The notes: a model not told the origin generated them from the letters alone. 40,155 bases of DNA from a virus (IMGVR_UViG_3300025635_000051:1-40155); one strand, 5' to 3'. Positions 6,594 through 17,329 are shown, counted from the first letter of the stretch. A program made the numbers and translations.

Positions 6594-7409
6594 GTGTCTG
6601 CTAGGTTGATGGGTTATGTTTCGGCTAGTAACACACCGACAATAACTGTACTTTCCCAAAACTTTAGTGTTGATTATTTGGTAATTGCTGGCGGCGGTGG
6701 CGGACCTACAAATTCAGGCGCAGGTGGCGGTGGCGCAGGCGGTATGCGTTGTACGGTAACAGGAACAGGTGGTTCTGGCTCTTTGGAAAGTTCGCAATTA
6801 GTAGCACTCGGTTTGAATTTTAATATGCAAATCGGTGCAGGTGGTGCTGCAACTGCAAATGGTTCAAATAGTGTTGCAAGTTTTACTACTACAATAACTG
6901 CAACTGGTGGTGGTACAGGTGGTTCCCCAGTTTCTAACGGCACAGCAGGTGGTAGTGGTGGCGGCGGTAGTGGTGATGGTGGACTTGGTGGTGCAGCATC
7001 TCCAAGTGGTCAAGGTTTTGCAGGTGGCAATGGTGCGCCCGCAAATACTCGTGGTGGCGGTGGCGGTGGTGCTGGCGGTGCTGGGGTTGCTGCAAATAGC
7101 ACTACTTCTGGTGCTGGTGGCGCTGGGCGAGCAACTGATATATCTGGCGCAAGTGTAACTTACGCAACTGGTGGAACTTCTAATTTTACTAGTGTTGCAA
7201 CAGCAGGTGCTGCAAATACAGGCAACGGCGGTTTTTCTGGCTCTGGTGGGGGAACGGGCGCAGGTGGTAGTGGTGTAATTATTTTGCGTTATCCAGATAC
7301 ATACACAATTACTATCGGTGCAGGTTTAACAGGCACAGAAAGCGCAGCGTCAGGTGGATACAAGCGAGCAACACTTACTGCTGGTTCAGGGAATGTGAGT
7401 TGGTCATAA
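6594..7409 (+). CDS. Glycine-rich fibre/receptor-binding protein, single domain
   Basis: VDYLVIAGGGGG...GGSGVIILRY. Confidence 0.75.
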   Translation: MSARLMGYVSASNTPTITVLSQNFSVDYLVIAGGGGGPTNSGAGGGGAGGMRCTVTGTGGSGSLESSQLVALGLNFNMQIGAGGAATANGSNSVASFTTTITATGGGTGGSPVSNGTAGGSGGGGSGDGGLGGAASPSGQGFAGGNGAPANTRGGGGGGAGGAGVAANSTTSGAGGAGRATDISGASVTYATGGTSNFTSVATAGAANTGNGGFSGSGGGTGAGGSGVIILRYPDTYTITIGAGLTGTESAASGGYKRATLTAGSGNVSWS

Positions 7410-7708
7410 TGGCACATTACGCATTTATCGGATACGGAAACAAGGTTGTAAAAGTTATTGTTGGTGTTGATGAAACTGTTACACAAACAGATTTAGATGG
7501 CACAGTAGTTGGCGGTTCTTCTGAAGCGTGGGAACAGTTCTATCAAAACCAACCACAGCATCAAGGTTTGTTATGCAAGCGCACTTCATACAACGGAAAC
7601 ATTCGTGGCACATACGCAGGTATCGGTTACACCTATGACCCTGTTACTGACGAGTTTGTTGCACCTGTAGTTGAAGAACCTGTAGGAGAAAACAATGAAA
7701 TTATCTAA
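7409..7708 (+). CDS. Small fibre-associated protein, paralog B (MAHYAFI...)
   Basis: TSYNGNIRGTYAGIGYTYD; TAATG coupling. Confidence 0.7.
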   Translation: MAHYAFIGYGNKVVKVIVGVDETVTQTDLDGTVVGGSSEAWEQFYQNQPQHQGLLCKRTSYNGNIRGTYAGIGYTYDPVTDEFVAPVVEEPVGENNEII

Positions 7709-7886
7709 ACAGCAAAAAGCAATGTTCCATTCATATTTGCGTAGTTGTCTGGCAGCAGTTCTTGCTGTCATTGCTACAGGCAATTATGACCCATCAGACC
7801 TATCTAAGGCGTTGTTGGCGGCTGCTTTGCCGCCGCTTATTCGTTGGGCTAATCCGAACGACAGGGCGTTTGGTCGCAAGCCGTAA
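7695..7886 (+). CDS. Putative holin
   Basis: 63 aa, two hydrophobic segments, RWANPND..FG C-terminus as in actinophage small membrane proteins. Confidence 0.55.
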   Translation: MKLSKQQKAMFHSYLRSCLAAVLAVIATGNYDPSDLSKALLAAALPPLIRWANPNDRAFGRKP

Positions 7887-7889
7887 CTT

Positions 7890-9485
7890 ATGGAGCTATC
7901 CGACCTTCTCAACGAGAAGGAATGGAGAAAATGTAAAGGGCCTGAAGACGCAACCTTAGAACAACAGGTTGAGGCATTTGAATATTTCTGTTCCAACTAT
8001 TGGATGATACGCCACCCTGAACGGGGTCGTATCAAGTTTGAGTTGCGTGATGCGCAACGAGAAACAATTGCCACATGGTTATCCACCCGATACTCGATAG
8101 TGCTTAAAGCACGACAGATTGGGTTTTCTACCCTTGCGTCTGCATATTCATTTTGGTTGGCTTTTTTTTGGCCTGACAGATTTATTGTTATGCTTTCGCG
8201 CACAGAGCGCGAAGCAGCCAAGTTGTTACAGAAATCAAAGTACGGTTACAAGATGTTGCCGGCATGGATGCGCAAACATGGTCCAGAGTTGCTTTCTGAT
8301 AATCAACTTAAGATTGTGTTTGCTAACGAGTCTGCTGTTGAATCGCTGCCGTCAGGCAACGACCCAGCCCGAGGTGAATCCGTATTTTTGGTAATCATTG
8401 ACGAGATGGCGTTTTTGCCAAACCCAAGCGAAGCTTGGGCGTCTATTGAACCAGTTGCCGACGTTGGTGGTCGCGTTATCTGTTTGTCCACAGCTAACGG
8501 TGAGGGCAATATATTTCACGAACTATGGGTTGGTTCTCAAACCAACACAAATAGATTTACGGGAATCTTCTTCCCTTGGTCTGCTGGCGACCGTGACGAA
8601 GAATGGTACGAAGCCAAAAAACGTGACTTGCCCGACTGGCAAATGGCACAAGAATATCCATCCGACCCAGACGAAGCCTTTATCCGTTCTGGTCGTCCTG
8701 TGTTTGATTTGGAAGCCTTACGCGCGTGCGAGCCCGTAGAGCCTCGCCGCGGTTACTTGCACAAGATTATGGGCAAAGGAATGTACGAGTTCCGTGAGGA
8801 CGGCGGTGAGCTCGCTGTGTGGGAGTTCCCAGAACCATCGCAAGTGTATGTAATTGGTGCTGACGTTGCTGAAGGTTTGGGACATGGAGACTACAGCACG
8901 GCGCACATCATCAATGTTGAAACTGGTGCTGTGGTGGCACATTGGCACGGTCATGTGGACGCAGACATCTTTGGCGAAGAAGTATTGAATGCTTTGGGTT
9001 GGTGGTACAACCATTGTCTTATTGGTGTTGAGTCAAACAACCACGGGTTGACAACGCTAAAAGCGTTGCAACGCGTGGGTTACAAAAACTTGTACCGACA
9101 ACGACGTTTGGGTCAACGCAATCCAACGATTAGCGAGACTTTAGGTTGGCGCACTACTTCGGTTTCTAAACCATTAGCTATTGACGAATTAAATGCAAAC
9201 ATTCGTGATTCTGTTATTTGGATAATGTGCAAATCCACCATTGCCGAGTTGCGTACTTTTATTCGCGAAAGCAATGGCAAGATGCACGGTTCACCCCACG
9301 ATGACCGTGTTATGTCTTTGGCTATTGCCAACCAAATGTTAAAGTATGTTTGGTTGCCTGAGTATCGCGCAAATCTTGCCCCTAGAAAAAACACTTTTGG
9401 TTGGTTTGAACAGTTCATTCCAAAGGCTCAAACCCCTGAAAGGGTCAAAATTGGAGCTCACAACGTTAGAAAAGTAACGATTTAG
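7890..9485 (+). CDS. terL: Terminase large subunit
   Basis: Walker A KARQIGFS, Walker B VIIDE, RNase H-fold GADVAEG and HDDRVMS. Confidence 0.95.
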   Translation: MELSDLLNEKEWRKCKGPEDATLEQQVEAFEYFCSNYWMIRHPERGRIKFELRDAQRETIATWLSTRYSIVLKARQIGFSTLASAYSFWLAFFWPDRFIVMLSRTEREAAKLLQKSKYGYKMLPAWMRKHGPELLSDNQLKIVFANESAVESLPSGNDPARGESVFLVIIDEMAFLPNPSEAWASIEPVADVGGRVICLSTANGEGNIFHELWVGSQTNTNRFTGIFFPWSAGDRDEEWYEAKKRDLPDWQMAQEYPSDPDEAFIRSGRPVFDLEALRACEPVEPRRGYLHKIMGKGMYEFREDGGELAVWEFPEPSQVYVIGADVAEGLGHGDYSTAHIINVETGAVVAHWHGHVDADIFGEEVLNALGWWYNHCLIGVESNNHGLTTLKALQRVGYKNLYRQRRLGQRNPTISETLGWRTTSVSKPLAIDELNANIRDSVIWIMCKSTIAELRTFIRESNGKMHGSPHDDRVMSLAIANQMLKYVWLPEYRANLAPRKNTFGWFEQFIPKAQTPERVKIGAHNVRKVTI

Positions 9486-9495
9486 GATTGTATTG

Positions 9496-9723
9496 ATGCT
9501 AAAAGTAACCTGCGAAGACTGTTCAACCGAGTTTTATGCACCAGAACTCCCCAGAAGGGGTGCTATTTGCTTTAAATGCCATGTTGGTAGTCTTCGGTTT
9601 GGTTTTACTTACGGTAAAGACAATTTTCATGGTCCAACCATCAAAGAGCGTCAAGACAAGCAGATAGCTGACGCTAAAGCTGGTGGATTGGACCCTCAGC
9701 CAATTGGCAGTCGTTGGATTTAG
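9496..9723 (+). CDS. Zinc-ribbon protein
   Basis: CEDC...CFKC. Confidence 0.7.
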   Translation: MLKVTCEDCSTEFYAPELPRRGAICFKCHVGSLRFGFTYGKDNFHGPTIKERQDKQIADAKAGGLDPQPIGSRWI

Positions 9724-9727
9724 TGCC

Positions 9728-9928
9728 ATGCCTGAAGTCTGGGTTCCGATTGTTGTTGCGGTCATCACGGGCCCAGTAGTGGTAGTACTTAGCAAGTTGC
9801 GTAAAGAAAACTCTGAACAACATGCTGAGGGTCGAGAACTTTTGCATGCAATCGGTGCGAAGGTTGACAAGGTCGGTAGTAAGTTAGATAAGCACATTGG
9901 ATGGCACGAAGGTAAAGAGGATAAATAA
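9728..9928 (+). CDS. Small single-TM membrane protein (possible lysis accessory)
   Basis: MPEVWVPIVVAVITGPVVVVL followed by an amphipathic coil. Confidence 0.65.
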   Translation: MPEVWVPIVVAVITGPVVVVLSKLRKENSEQHAEGRELLHAIGAKVDKVGSKLDKHIGWHEGKEDK

Positions 9929-11766
9929 TGGCACGGATAACCAACACAGAACTGCTAACAAAATATCGTAACAAACTTGAACAGTCGCGCCGTTGGCGCA
10001 GAGAAGAACGTTACGACGACCTGTGGACTCGTTTAATTGATTTGTACCGGGGTAAGCATCACCGCACCGATATCAAAGAAGACCAACTGTTAATTAATAT
10101 TGCGTTTGCAACCATCAACGTTATTTCTCCTTCGGTGTCTATTAATCACCCAAAAATTGCCGTTAATGCAAAACGACCAGAAGATGCCGATAAAGCAATT
10201 GTTACCGAAGCCATTATTAATTATTGGTGGCAACATTATGGCTGCCAAGAACAATTTCGTCGTGCCGTAAAAGATTTTCTTATTTGTGGACATGGCTGGA
10301 TTAAAACTGGTTATCGTTATGTTGAAGAAGAAAAAGCAAAAGATGAAACGCCAGATTTTGAATCATACGACGAATTAGCCACCCCGAGTCCCGAAGCAGC
10401 AATTGAGTCGGAATTAATTATTAAAGAAGATAGACCATTTTTGGAACGTGTTTCTGTTTTTGACATGTTTGTTGACCCAGACGCAACATCAATGGACGAC
10501 ATTCGTTGGATTGCACAACGCACTCGTCGCCCAATGGAAGATGTTAAAAAAGACAAACGTTACAATTCATCAGCCCGCAATGATGCCGCACCGTCGCATT
10601 ATTCAAAATGGGGACAAGATGAATTTCGTCCACGAATATCAACGGACAAAGATGATGCGTATGTAGAGGTTTGGGAATGGTATGACATTGACCGAAACAC
10701 AATGTCTGTATTTTGTGATGGCTCGGATAAGTTTCTTGTTTCGCCAACAAAAATGCCATTTTTGTTTGGCCATCCATACACAATGATTCGCAACTATGAC
10801 GTGCCTGATTATTTTTACCCAATGGGTGAATTGGAAGCCATTGAACCATTACAGCACGAACTGAATTTAACTCGTACGCAGATGATGAATCATCGTAAGC
10901 GTTTTAGTCGCAAGTGGCTGTATAAAGAAACAGCATTTGATGTTGATGGTCGCAACGCTCTTGAATCAGATGAAGACAATGTGATGGTGCCAGTTATTTC
11001 CGAAGAAGGCATTAATAGTGTTGTTGCACCCATGCCTGCGGTTATCAACCCGCCAGAGTTCTACAACCAGTCGTCGCTAATTTCTGATGATATTCGTTCA
11101 GTCTCTGGACTTAACGAATATCAGGGTGGTGGAATGCCAGAGATTCGGCGTACCGCCACAGAAGCAGCCATTATTCAAGACGCAGCCAATGCTCGCGTTT
11201 CGGACAAGTTGGCCATTGTTGAAAAATCTATTGGCGATTGCGGTCGTCGTTTGATTATGCTTGCACAGCAATACATGACTGGCGAACAAGCTATTCGCAT
11301 TGTTGGTTCAGAAGCCGAACCCGTATGGTTAAAATTTGACCGTGATTACATCCAGGGCGAATTTGATTTCTTGGTTGAGGGTGGTTCAACTCAGCCAGTT
11401 AACGAATCGTTCCGTCGTCAAATGGCCATGCAGGTCGTAGACGCCATGGCTCCGTTTGCTGGTGCTGGCATTCTTGACATGCCAAAACTCGCTACGTATG
11501 TTCTGCAATATGGTTTTGGTATTCGTGGTGCTGGTTCGTTTGTCACCCCACAACCAATGATGCCAGTTCCACCACAAGGGGTTGGCCCAGAAGGACAACC
11601 ACCTGAAACGCCTGGTGGAATGCCAATGCCACAAGAACCATTAGCAGAACCACAAGAAATGCCACCTACTGGTGGCATGGCTATGCCATCTAATATCCCG
11701 CCAGAAATTTTGTCTCAATTACTTGCGCAAGGTGCTCCGCTAGCAAATACTCAGATACCTATGTAA
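9928..11766 (+). CDS. Portal protein
   Basis: 612 aa after TerL; RTATEA motif, Pro/Gln-rich tail of P22/T7-like portals. Confidence 0.85.
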   Translation: MARITNTELLTKYRNKLEQSRRWRREERYDDLWTRLIDLYRGKHHRTDIKEDQLLINIAFATINVISPSVSINHPKIAVNAKRPEDADKAIVTEAIINYWWQHYGCQEQFRRAVKDFLICGHGWIKTGYRYVEEEKAKDETPDFESYDELATPSPEAAIESELIIKEDRPFLERVSVFDMFVDPDATSMDDIRWIAQRTRRPMEDVKKDKRYNSSARNDAAPSHYSKWGQDEFRPRISTDKDDAYVEVWEWYDIDRNTMSVFCDGSDKFLVSPTKMPFLFGHPYTMIRNYDVPDYFYPMGELEAIEPLQHELNLTRTQMMNHRKRFSRKWLYKETAFDVDGRNALESDEDNVMVPVISEEGINSVVAPMPAVINPPEFYNQSSLISDDIRSVSGLNEYQGGGMPEIRRTATEAAIIQDAANARVSDKLAIVEKSIGDCGRRLIMLAQQYMTGEQAIRIVGSEAEPVWLKFDRDYIQGEFDFLVEGGSTQPVNESFRRQMAMQVVDAMAPFAGAGILDMPKLATYVLQYGFGIRGAGSFVTPQPMMPVPPQGVGPEGQPPETPGGMPMPQEPLAEPQEMPPTGGMAMPSNIPPEILSQLLAQGAPLANTQIPM

Positions 11767-11807
11767 CGCTTTTGCGTTAGGTATAGAGCAAACCGTTGGA
11801 GGACTCT

Positions 11808-12587
11808 ATGAGTAATGAGAACACCGTTGATAGTGCAATTGAAGCCCCAGAACTTGGACAAGCAGAAGTTAGCACGGAAATAGGTGAAGCCCTTGAAACG
11901 AATGGCGATTATTTTGCTTGGGACGAATATGCTGACAGACCTGTCAAGCTAAACGTTGCTGGTGAAGAAATTGACGTACCGTTAAAAGAGGCGCTTGCTG
12001 GATACCAGCGTCAAGCGGACTATACACGTAAGACACAGGAATTAAGCGAGCAACGAAAGCAGGTGCAATTTGGCGCCGCTTTGCAAGAAGCCTTGCAAAA
12101 CGACCCTCAAAGCACTTTGGAATTGTTGAAACAACACTATGGGTTGAATGAACAACAACCGTCAGATGAAGACGAATTGTATTTAGACCCTGCGGAAAAA
12201 CAATTTCGGCAACTAGAATCCCGAATCAAAGCATTTGAACAAGAAAAGGCTGTGCGAGATTTGGAGCGTTCTGTTGAGCTTTTGTCCAAGAAGTATGGCG
12301 ACGCATTTGATGCAGATGAGGTAATTGCTAAGGCTTTGGCTACAGGCAATCCAAATCTAGAAGCCGTCTATAAACAGACAGCGTTTGACCGTATCTTTGA
12401 ACAAAGTTTGACTGCCAACCAGGTGAAAGCCAAAAAAGCAGAAGAAGAAAAAGCTATTGTTCAAGCGAAACGAGAAGCGACTGTTGTGTCTAAGGGCGCT
12501 TCAGCTAAAAGCGCCGACGTGTCTTCTAAACCAGTAACCACACTTCGCGATGCTTTCGAGTTGGCTAAACGCCAACTTAACGGCTAG
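11808..12587 (+). CDS. Capsid scaffolding protein
   Basis: Acidic; GYQRQADYTRKTQEL motif; GGAGG RBS; between portal and capsid. Confidence 0.85.
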   Translation: MSNENTVDSAIEAPELGQAEVSTEIGEALETNGDYFAWDEYADRPVKLNVAGEEIDVPLKEALAGYQRQADYTRKTQELSEQRKQVQFGAALQEALQNDPQSTLELLKQHYGLNEQQPSDEDELYLDPAEKQFRQLESRIKAFEQEKAVRDLERSVELLSKKYGDAFDADEVIAKALATGNPNLEAVYKQTAFDRIFEQSLTANQVKAKKAEEEKAIVQAKREATVVSKGASAKSADVSSKPVTTLRDAFELAKRQLNG

Positions 12588-12609
12588 CACTAACAACAGG
12601 AGAATTTAA

Positions 12610-13551
12610 ATGCCAGCAAATAGTAATTTTGACGAACTTTTGTCAACGACCCTCGCGAACTATCGCGCAACGTTGACAGACAACGTGTTCACCGCACGTC
12701 CATTGACTTATAAGTTGATGGAAAAGGGTCGTATTCGCATGCTCAACGGTGGTACAAAAATCGTTGAGCCGCTTATCTACGGCCAGAACAGCACGGTTGC
12801 ATCGTACTCAGGGTACGACACAATCTCGCTGACAGCCCAAGAAGGCATCTCAGCTGCTGAGTACGAATGGAAGCAGTACGCTGCTTCAATCGCAATTAGC
12901 GGTATTGAAGAAGGAAAGAACAACGGCGAGCAAGAAATCATCAACTTGTTGGAAGCCAAAATCATGCAGGCCGAGGAGTCAATGCGTGAAGGTTTCAACC
13001 AGATGTTCTTCGCAGACGGCACAGGCAACTCAGGCAAAAACTGGAACGGTCTTGGCAACATTGTTGAGGCATCCGGTACTGTTGGCGGTATTAACCGTGC
13101 AACAGCTGGTAACGAGTTCTGGCGTTCGTACGAGGAAAACACCGCTGGTGCTTTGACCCTCGCCCAAATGTCAACTGCCTACAACACGGTGTCGGTTGGT
13201 AACGACCACCCAGACGTGCTTCTTACAACTCAAACATTGTTTGAGAAGTATGAGGCTCTGTTGCAACCACAATTGCGCTACACAGACACCAAGACAGCAG
13301 ATGCTGGTTTCCAGAACCTTCTGTTCAAGGCTGCTCCTGTGATGTACGATGTGCATTGCACAGCTGGCGTGTTCTACTTCCTGAACAGCAAGTACCTCAC
13401 ACTTGTCGGTCACTCAGGCAAGTGGTTCCAGCAGACAGAGTTTGTGCGCCCAGAAAACTTGGATGCACGCTATGCTCTCATCATGTGCTACGGCAACCTC
13501 ACTTGCCGCAACGCAAAGAAGCAGGGCAAGCTAACAGCTAAGACTGCTTAG
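12610..13551 (+). CDS. Major capsid protein
   Basis: 313 aa after scaffold, strong RBS, biased codons, followed by a hairpin. Confidence 0.85.
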   Translation: MPANSNFDELLSTTLANYRATLTDNVFTARPLTYKLMEKGRIRMLNGGTKIVEPLIYGQNSTVASYSGYDTISLTAQEGISAAEYEWKQYAASIAISGIEEGKNNGEQEIINLLEAKIMQAEESMREGFNQMFFADGTGNSGKNWNGLGNIVEASGTVGGINRATAGNEFWRSYEENTAGALTLAQMSTAYNTVSVGNDHPDVLLTTQTLFEKYEALLQPQLRYTDTKTADAGFQNLLFKAAPVMYDVHCTAGVFYFLNSKYLTLVGHSGKWFQQTEFVRPENLDARYALIMCYGNLTCRNAKKQGKLTAKTA

Positions 13552-13561
13552 TTAATCTGTT

Positions 13562-13600
13562 ATATTGGGTAAGGGGATAAAAGCTCCTTACCCAATATTT
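13562..13600 (+). terminator. Hairpin/terminator after the capsid gene
   Basis: ATATTGGGTAAGG...CCTTACCCAATAT followed by a short T run. Confidence 0.6.
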
Positions 13601-13619
13601 ATTACAAAGGAGAAATGCA

Positions 13620-13805
13620 ATGGCTGCAAAAAAGAAAGACAACAAATTGACTCGCGGTCAAAAAGCTGATGCTAAAAGAAAAACTGGCGAAGCTAAAGCG
13701 GCAATTGCTTGGAACAATAAATTAAAGGGCAAAGAAGCTATTGGAATTTATGCCCGCAAACAAACTCCTTCTTCAATGAAAGCAGGAAGAACCTACAAAG
13801 GTTAA
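13620..13805 (+). CDS. Small Lys-rich protein
   Basis: AAGGAG RBS. Confidence 0.65.
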   Translation: MAAKKKDNKLTRGQKADAKRKTGEAKAAIAWNNKLKGKEAIGIYARKQTPSSMKAGRTYKG

Positions 13806-13819
13806 ATTTAATTCGTAAT

Positions 13820-13856
13820 TTGGGGTGTGCCGACCACCTTCCGCGGCATACCCCAA
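13820..13856 (+). terminator. Intergenic hairpin
   Basis: TTGGGGTGTGCCG...CGGCATACCCCAA; no U tract. Confidence 0.45.
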
Positions 13857-13878
13857 GTAACGAAAAGGACAACTATTG

Positions 13879-14094
13879 ATGAAGAACGCAATATTGTCCC
13901 ACGAATATCATGGAGTTCCAGTATCGGGCATGAGACCCGCAGCAGAGGTAGCTGGTTCTAGATTAGCCGCAGGTAGCGGACCCTATCTTGGTAGAGGCAA
14001 CTTTTGTGCCGCCAATGATGACACCTGTGAAGGCAGAAAGGCTAAGGGGACGGATTACTGCATGGGGCACCTACGCAGTAGGGGAGAAGCCTAA
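13879..14094 (+). CDS. Small protein with C-x6-C-x9-C-x2-H motif
   Basis: CAANDDTCEGRKAKGTDYCMGH. Confidence 0.65.
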   Translation: MKNAILSHEYHGVPVSGMRPAAEVAGSRLAAGSGPYLGRGNFCAANDDTCEGRKAKGTDYCMGHLRSRGEA

Positions 14095-14789
14095 TGACAA
14101 TGAGCCTTGCCGATGTGCGAACTATGGTTCGCGACATCTCAGACCTTGACGCCACAGACATCCCCAACAGCATCATTGACAACGCTGTCAAAGAGGCGTT
14201 TCAACGCATTGTTGCGTTAGAACGCCGATACCCAAAGTATCAAGAGTCCTATACGTTTAACACGGTAGTTAATCAACGTGCTTACACGTTGTCAGCTATT
14301 GGCGATATTCGAGAAGTCATTTCTCTTGTAGAGACATCTTCGTCTGGCTCAAGACTGACAATGATTCCGTATGACAACGCAGAAGAAATTTGGCTTGGCA
14401 ATACCGACACAGCTTCACGCCCATATTTTTATGCTATGTGGGATGGCGCTTTGCATCTATATCCAAAGCCCGATGCCGCTTACAGCATTACCGTGCGCGC
14501 GTACAGGAACCCTGTTTACACTTGGTTAAGCAACACGAACGAAGCAATTGACCTTGATGAATGGTTCCATGTGTTGCTTGCTTATTTTGCTTTGGCTCGC
14601 GTCTATCAACGCCAAGAAGACCCAGAGCTTTCGCAAATGTATATGCGTTCGTTTGAGGAAGGTGTAGCGATGGCTCGCCGTGACTTAATGAAGACCCCTA
14701 GCGCCCGTCCGTTGTTAATGTCTGGCGGTAGACAGTATCCAACGATGAAACGTTGGTTGCAAACTCTTGGTGCAACGTTAGGTAGTTAA
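14094..14789 (+). CDS. Head-tail adaptor (tail tubular protein A-like)
   Basis: LYPKPDAAYSI motif; size and position. Confidence 0.7.
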   Translation: MTMSLADVRTMVRDISDLDATDIPNSIIDNAVKEAFQRIVALERRYPKYQESYTFNTVVNQRAYTLSAIGDIREVISLVETSSSGSRLTMIPYDNAEEIWLGNTDTASRPYFYAMWDGALHLYPKPDAAYSITVRAYRNPVYTWLSNTNEAIDLDEWFHVLLAYFALARVYQRQEDPELSQMYMRSFEEGVAMARRDLMKTPSARPLLMSGGRQYPTMKRWLQTLGATLGS

Positions 14790-16396
14790 TGGCGCAGATT
14801 CTTCTTGAGCGTTACGACGATTTTACTGGCGGCCTGAATCTTCGCGCCGACCAGTTTTTGTTGGCCAGGAACGAATCTCCTGACATGCTCAACGTTGAGA
14901 TTGACCCTCGTGGTGGTGTGTTTAGTCGTGGTGCTATGCAGAGAATTAACTCTACTGCTGTGTCGGGCACTTGGGCGCCCGACAAACTGCATGCTTTTTA
15001 TGGTGCAACGTCAACAATTATGTTGGCAAACAGCACAAAGGTTTATCGTTCTACTGGCACAAACTTTTCCACTTTGCAGTTTTCGTCTGGTAATGACATT
15101 GCCACAACAAATGCGCATGGCGCATCGTTTGCCAACTGGGGTGACACGCTCTATATCAGCACGGGAGCTACTGGAACAGCAGGATATAAATGGCAAACAA
15201 CAAACACTTACGCAACAGCGTTAAATCCTTCTGGGCCTTCTTGGCAGCCAACCACAAGTCCAACAACGGGATTCATGCCAAAAGCAGAACACAACATTGT
15301 GCATGCCAACAAAATGTTCGTAGCCAACACAAGGGAAGATGGCGTAAATTACCCTGACCGACTGCGATGGTCGCACGAAGGTTTGCCTGAGTCTTGGGTA
15401 GAAGATGACTTCATTGACTTTAAGGCTGGCGGTAGTGGAATTAACGGTCTTGCTGTTGTGCAAGGTCAGTTGGTTATTTTTAAAACCAACGCAATCTATT
15501 TGTTGCTTGGCACAGAGTCAGACAACTTTAATGTTGTTGAGTTGACAACAAGTCTTGGTTGCTCTAGTCGCAACAGTATTGCTGTTGCGGAACGGGGCGT
15601 GTTTTTTTATTCGGTGCCAGAAGGTTTGTTTTTTTATGACGGTTCTGTTGTCAGAGATGTTTTTGACCAGTTGCGACCAATGGTTGACAACAAAGAATTG
15701 TCCGCGTTAAGCACAGAGCCTTATAGTGTTTCAAATGTTGGTCGTCGTATTTGGGTGTCATTGCCATACGACCCTGATGGTTTAGCTACTGCACCTACTG
15801 CAAGTTTTGTGTACGACCCGACTATTGGTCCTCGTGGTGCTTACATGAAGTTTGCCACCCATGACGGCAAAGGCGTCATTGGTGGCATTGACTGGACTAA
15901 TTCAAGCAATGAAAACTTTAGATTGTTTATTCACCCAACACAACCGTATGTGTTGAAAGTTGACATGTATGACGAGGAGCAAGACAACATTACCGGTACA
16001 CCAACTGGTTTTGCTTCGTTCTATCGCACGGGTTGGATTGATGGCAGAACTTATGCTCAAAAGAAAATGTTTCGTCGCCCAGACATAGCATTCAAACAGG
16101 TTGACACACAACGCACAATCAACGTAAAAGTGTTTCATAATTATGAAGAATCGTCTGGTTCTGAACGCAAACAATTCAATGCTGTTCTTGGCGCTTCTGG
16201 TGCCGGTATGCAATGGGGTGTAGATAACTGGGGTGTTGGTTTGTGGGGTAAGAAATCTGTTGGCGTACAAATCTTGAACGGTTCTAATCTTGGGTTTGCT
16301 CGTTCGGTGCAGCTTTTGTTTACTGGACCGCTTTCTCAAGACTGGGGTTTTGACTCTATCGCTATTAAATACAACAATAGAAAGATGACTGGATAA
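14789..16396 (+). CDS. Tail nozzle/stabilisation protein (tail tubular B, P22 gp10-like)
   Basis: FTGGLN N-terminus, beta-propeller-like content, position. Confidence 0.7.
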   Translation: MAQILLERYDDFTGGLNLRADQFLLARNESPDMLNVEIDPRGGVFSRGAMQRINSTAVSGTWAPDKLHAFYGATSTIMLANSTKVYRSTGTNFSTLQFSSGNDIATTNAHGASFANWGDTLYISTGATGTAGYKWQTTNTYATALNPSGPSWQPTTSPTTGFMPKAEHNIVHANKMFVANTREDGVNYPDRLRWSHEGLPESWVEDDFIDFKAGGSGINGLAVVQGQLVIFKTNAIYLLLGTESDNFNVVELTTSLGCSSRNSIAVAERGVFFYSVPEGLFFYDGSVVRDVFDQLRPMVDNKELSALSTEPYSVSNVGRRIWVSLPYDPDGLATAPTASFVYDPTIGPRGAYMKFATHDGKGVIGGIDWTNSSNENFRLFIHPTQPYVLKVDMYDEEQDNITGTPTGFASFYRTGWIDGRTYAQKKMFRRPDIAFKQVDTQRTINVKVFHNYEESSGSERKQFNAVLGASGAGMQWGVDNWGVGLWGKKSVGVQILNGSNLGFARSVQLLFTGPLSQDWGFDSIAIKYNNRKMTG

Positions 16397-16722
16397 TGGC
16401 CTTAGTAATACCTTACTCATTTACAAACAACACCATTGCAGAAGCCAATGAGGTAAACAACAACTTTATTGCTGTTCGTGACGCTGTTAATGCGTTGCAG
16501 AACGGTACGGGTTTTGATGCTGGCGCTATCGGTGAAGCCGATATCGCCAACGGCGCAGTTACCGCTTCAAAACTTGCTAACACAACCGTTACCCCTGGTT
16601 CGTACACAACGGCAGATATTACGGTGGATGCGCAGGGGCGCATCACCGCAGCATCTACAGGTAGTGGCGGTGTTACTGGCGATAGTGACCAACTTGTGTT
16701 GGGTTCGCAGGTGTTTGGTTAA
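16396..16722 (+). CDS. Putative tail fibre anchor protein
   Basis: [29 protein letters not shown] motifs. Confidence 0.6.
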   Translation: MALVIPYSFTNNTIAEANEVNNNFIAVRDAVNALQNGTGFDAGAIGEADIANGAVTASKLANTTVTPGSYTTADITVDAQGRITAASTGSGGVTGDSDQLVLGSQVFG

Positions 16723-16895
16723 TGAAAACTTGGACCACGCCCGTCATAAACGCTTTGAAAAGTGCTGATGCTGCTTTGTTGCAGCAAATCTTTTCTTCGT
16801 TGTCGCACGAGATTGGTCACTTGTACGAAGAAATTGAAAGATTAAAAATAGAAGTTAACAAAAATAATCGCAAAGATTATCAAAGGATTAAATAA
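16722..16895 (+). CDS. 57-aa coiled-coil protein [14 protein letters not shown]... (not in ORF track)
   Basis: TAATG overlaps at both ends fill the gap exactly. Confidence 0.7.
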   Translation: MKTWTTPVINALKSADAALLQQIFSSLSHEIGHLYEEIERLKIEVNKNNRKDYQRIK

Positions 16896-17329
16896 TGGCT
16901 TACAATCCAGCCGACTACGAAGCTCGCAGGCGCGGGTACACACAGCAATATGGCGCAACAGGCGCCATGAATGCGTACGCTAACTTTCTTTCACAACAAC
17001 GTGGTACTCGCGAACGTCAAGGAATGACAGAGGAATACAACAAAGCACAGCCACGAGTTGTGTCGGGATATTCTCGCCGTGGTATGGTTGGTCCCAATGT
17101 TCGTTCTGGTTTGTTTGCGCGTGGTTTGCAAGATTTTGCAAAACAACGCGCTCGTAGTTTTTCTGAATTTGACCAACAACAATTAGAACAACAACGAATG
17201 TACGACCTAACCGAAGCCCAACGGCTTGAGGCTTTTAGAAATCAATTGGCAGATATGGAATCAGAAAAAGCACAAGCTATTGCTGACGCCGCGCGTCAGC
17301 TTTATGCACGTAGAGCAGGAGCAATATAA
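16895..17329 (+). CDS. Putative internal virion/ejection protein
   Basis: Gln/Ala-rich, helical; position after the tail genes. Confidence 0.55.
   Translation: MAYNPADYEARRRGYTQQYGATGAMNAYANFLSQQRGTRERQGMTEEYNKAQPRVVSGYSRRGMVGPNVRSGLFARGLQDFAKQRARSFSEFDQQQLEQQRMYDLTEAQRLEAFRNQLADMESEKAQAIADAARQLYARRAGAI

Noticed and set aside
5267-6943. Pro/Ala-rich - strand ORFs (5267-5479, 6674-6943) and similar antisense ORFs across the structural arm
   Set aside because: Shadows of Gly-rich or long sense-strand genes
4629-7409. Diversity-generating retroelement or DNA tandem repeats in the Gly-rich genes
   Set aside because: No reverse transcriptase and no adenine-specific TR/VR pair; GGT/GGC runs reflect glycine codons
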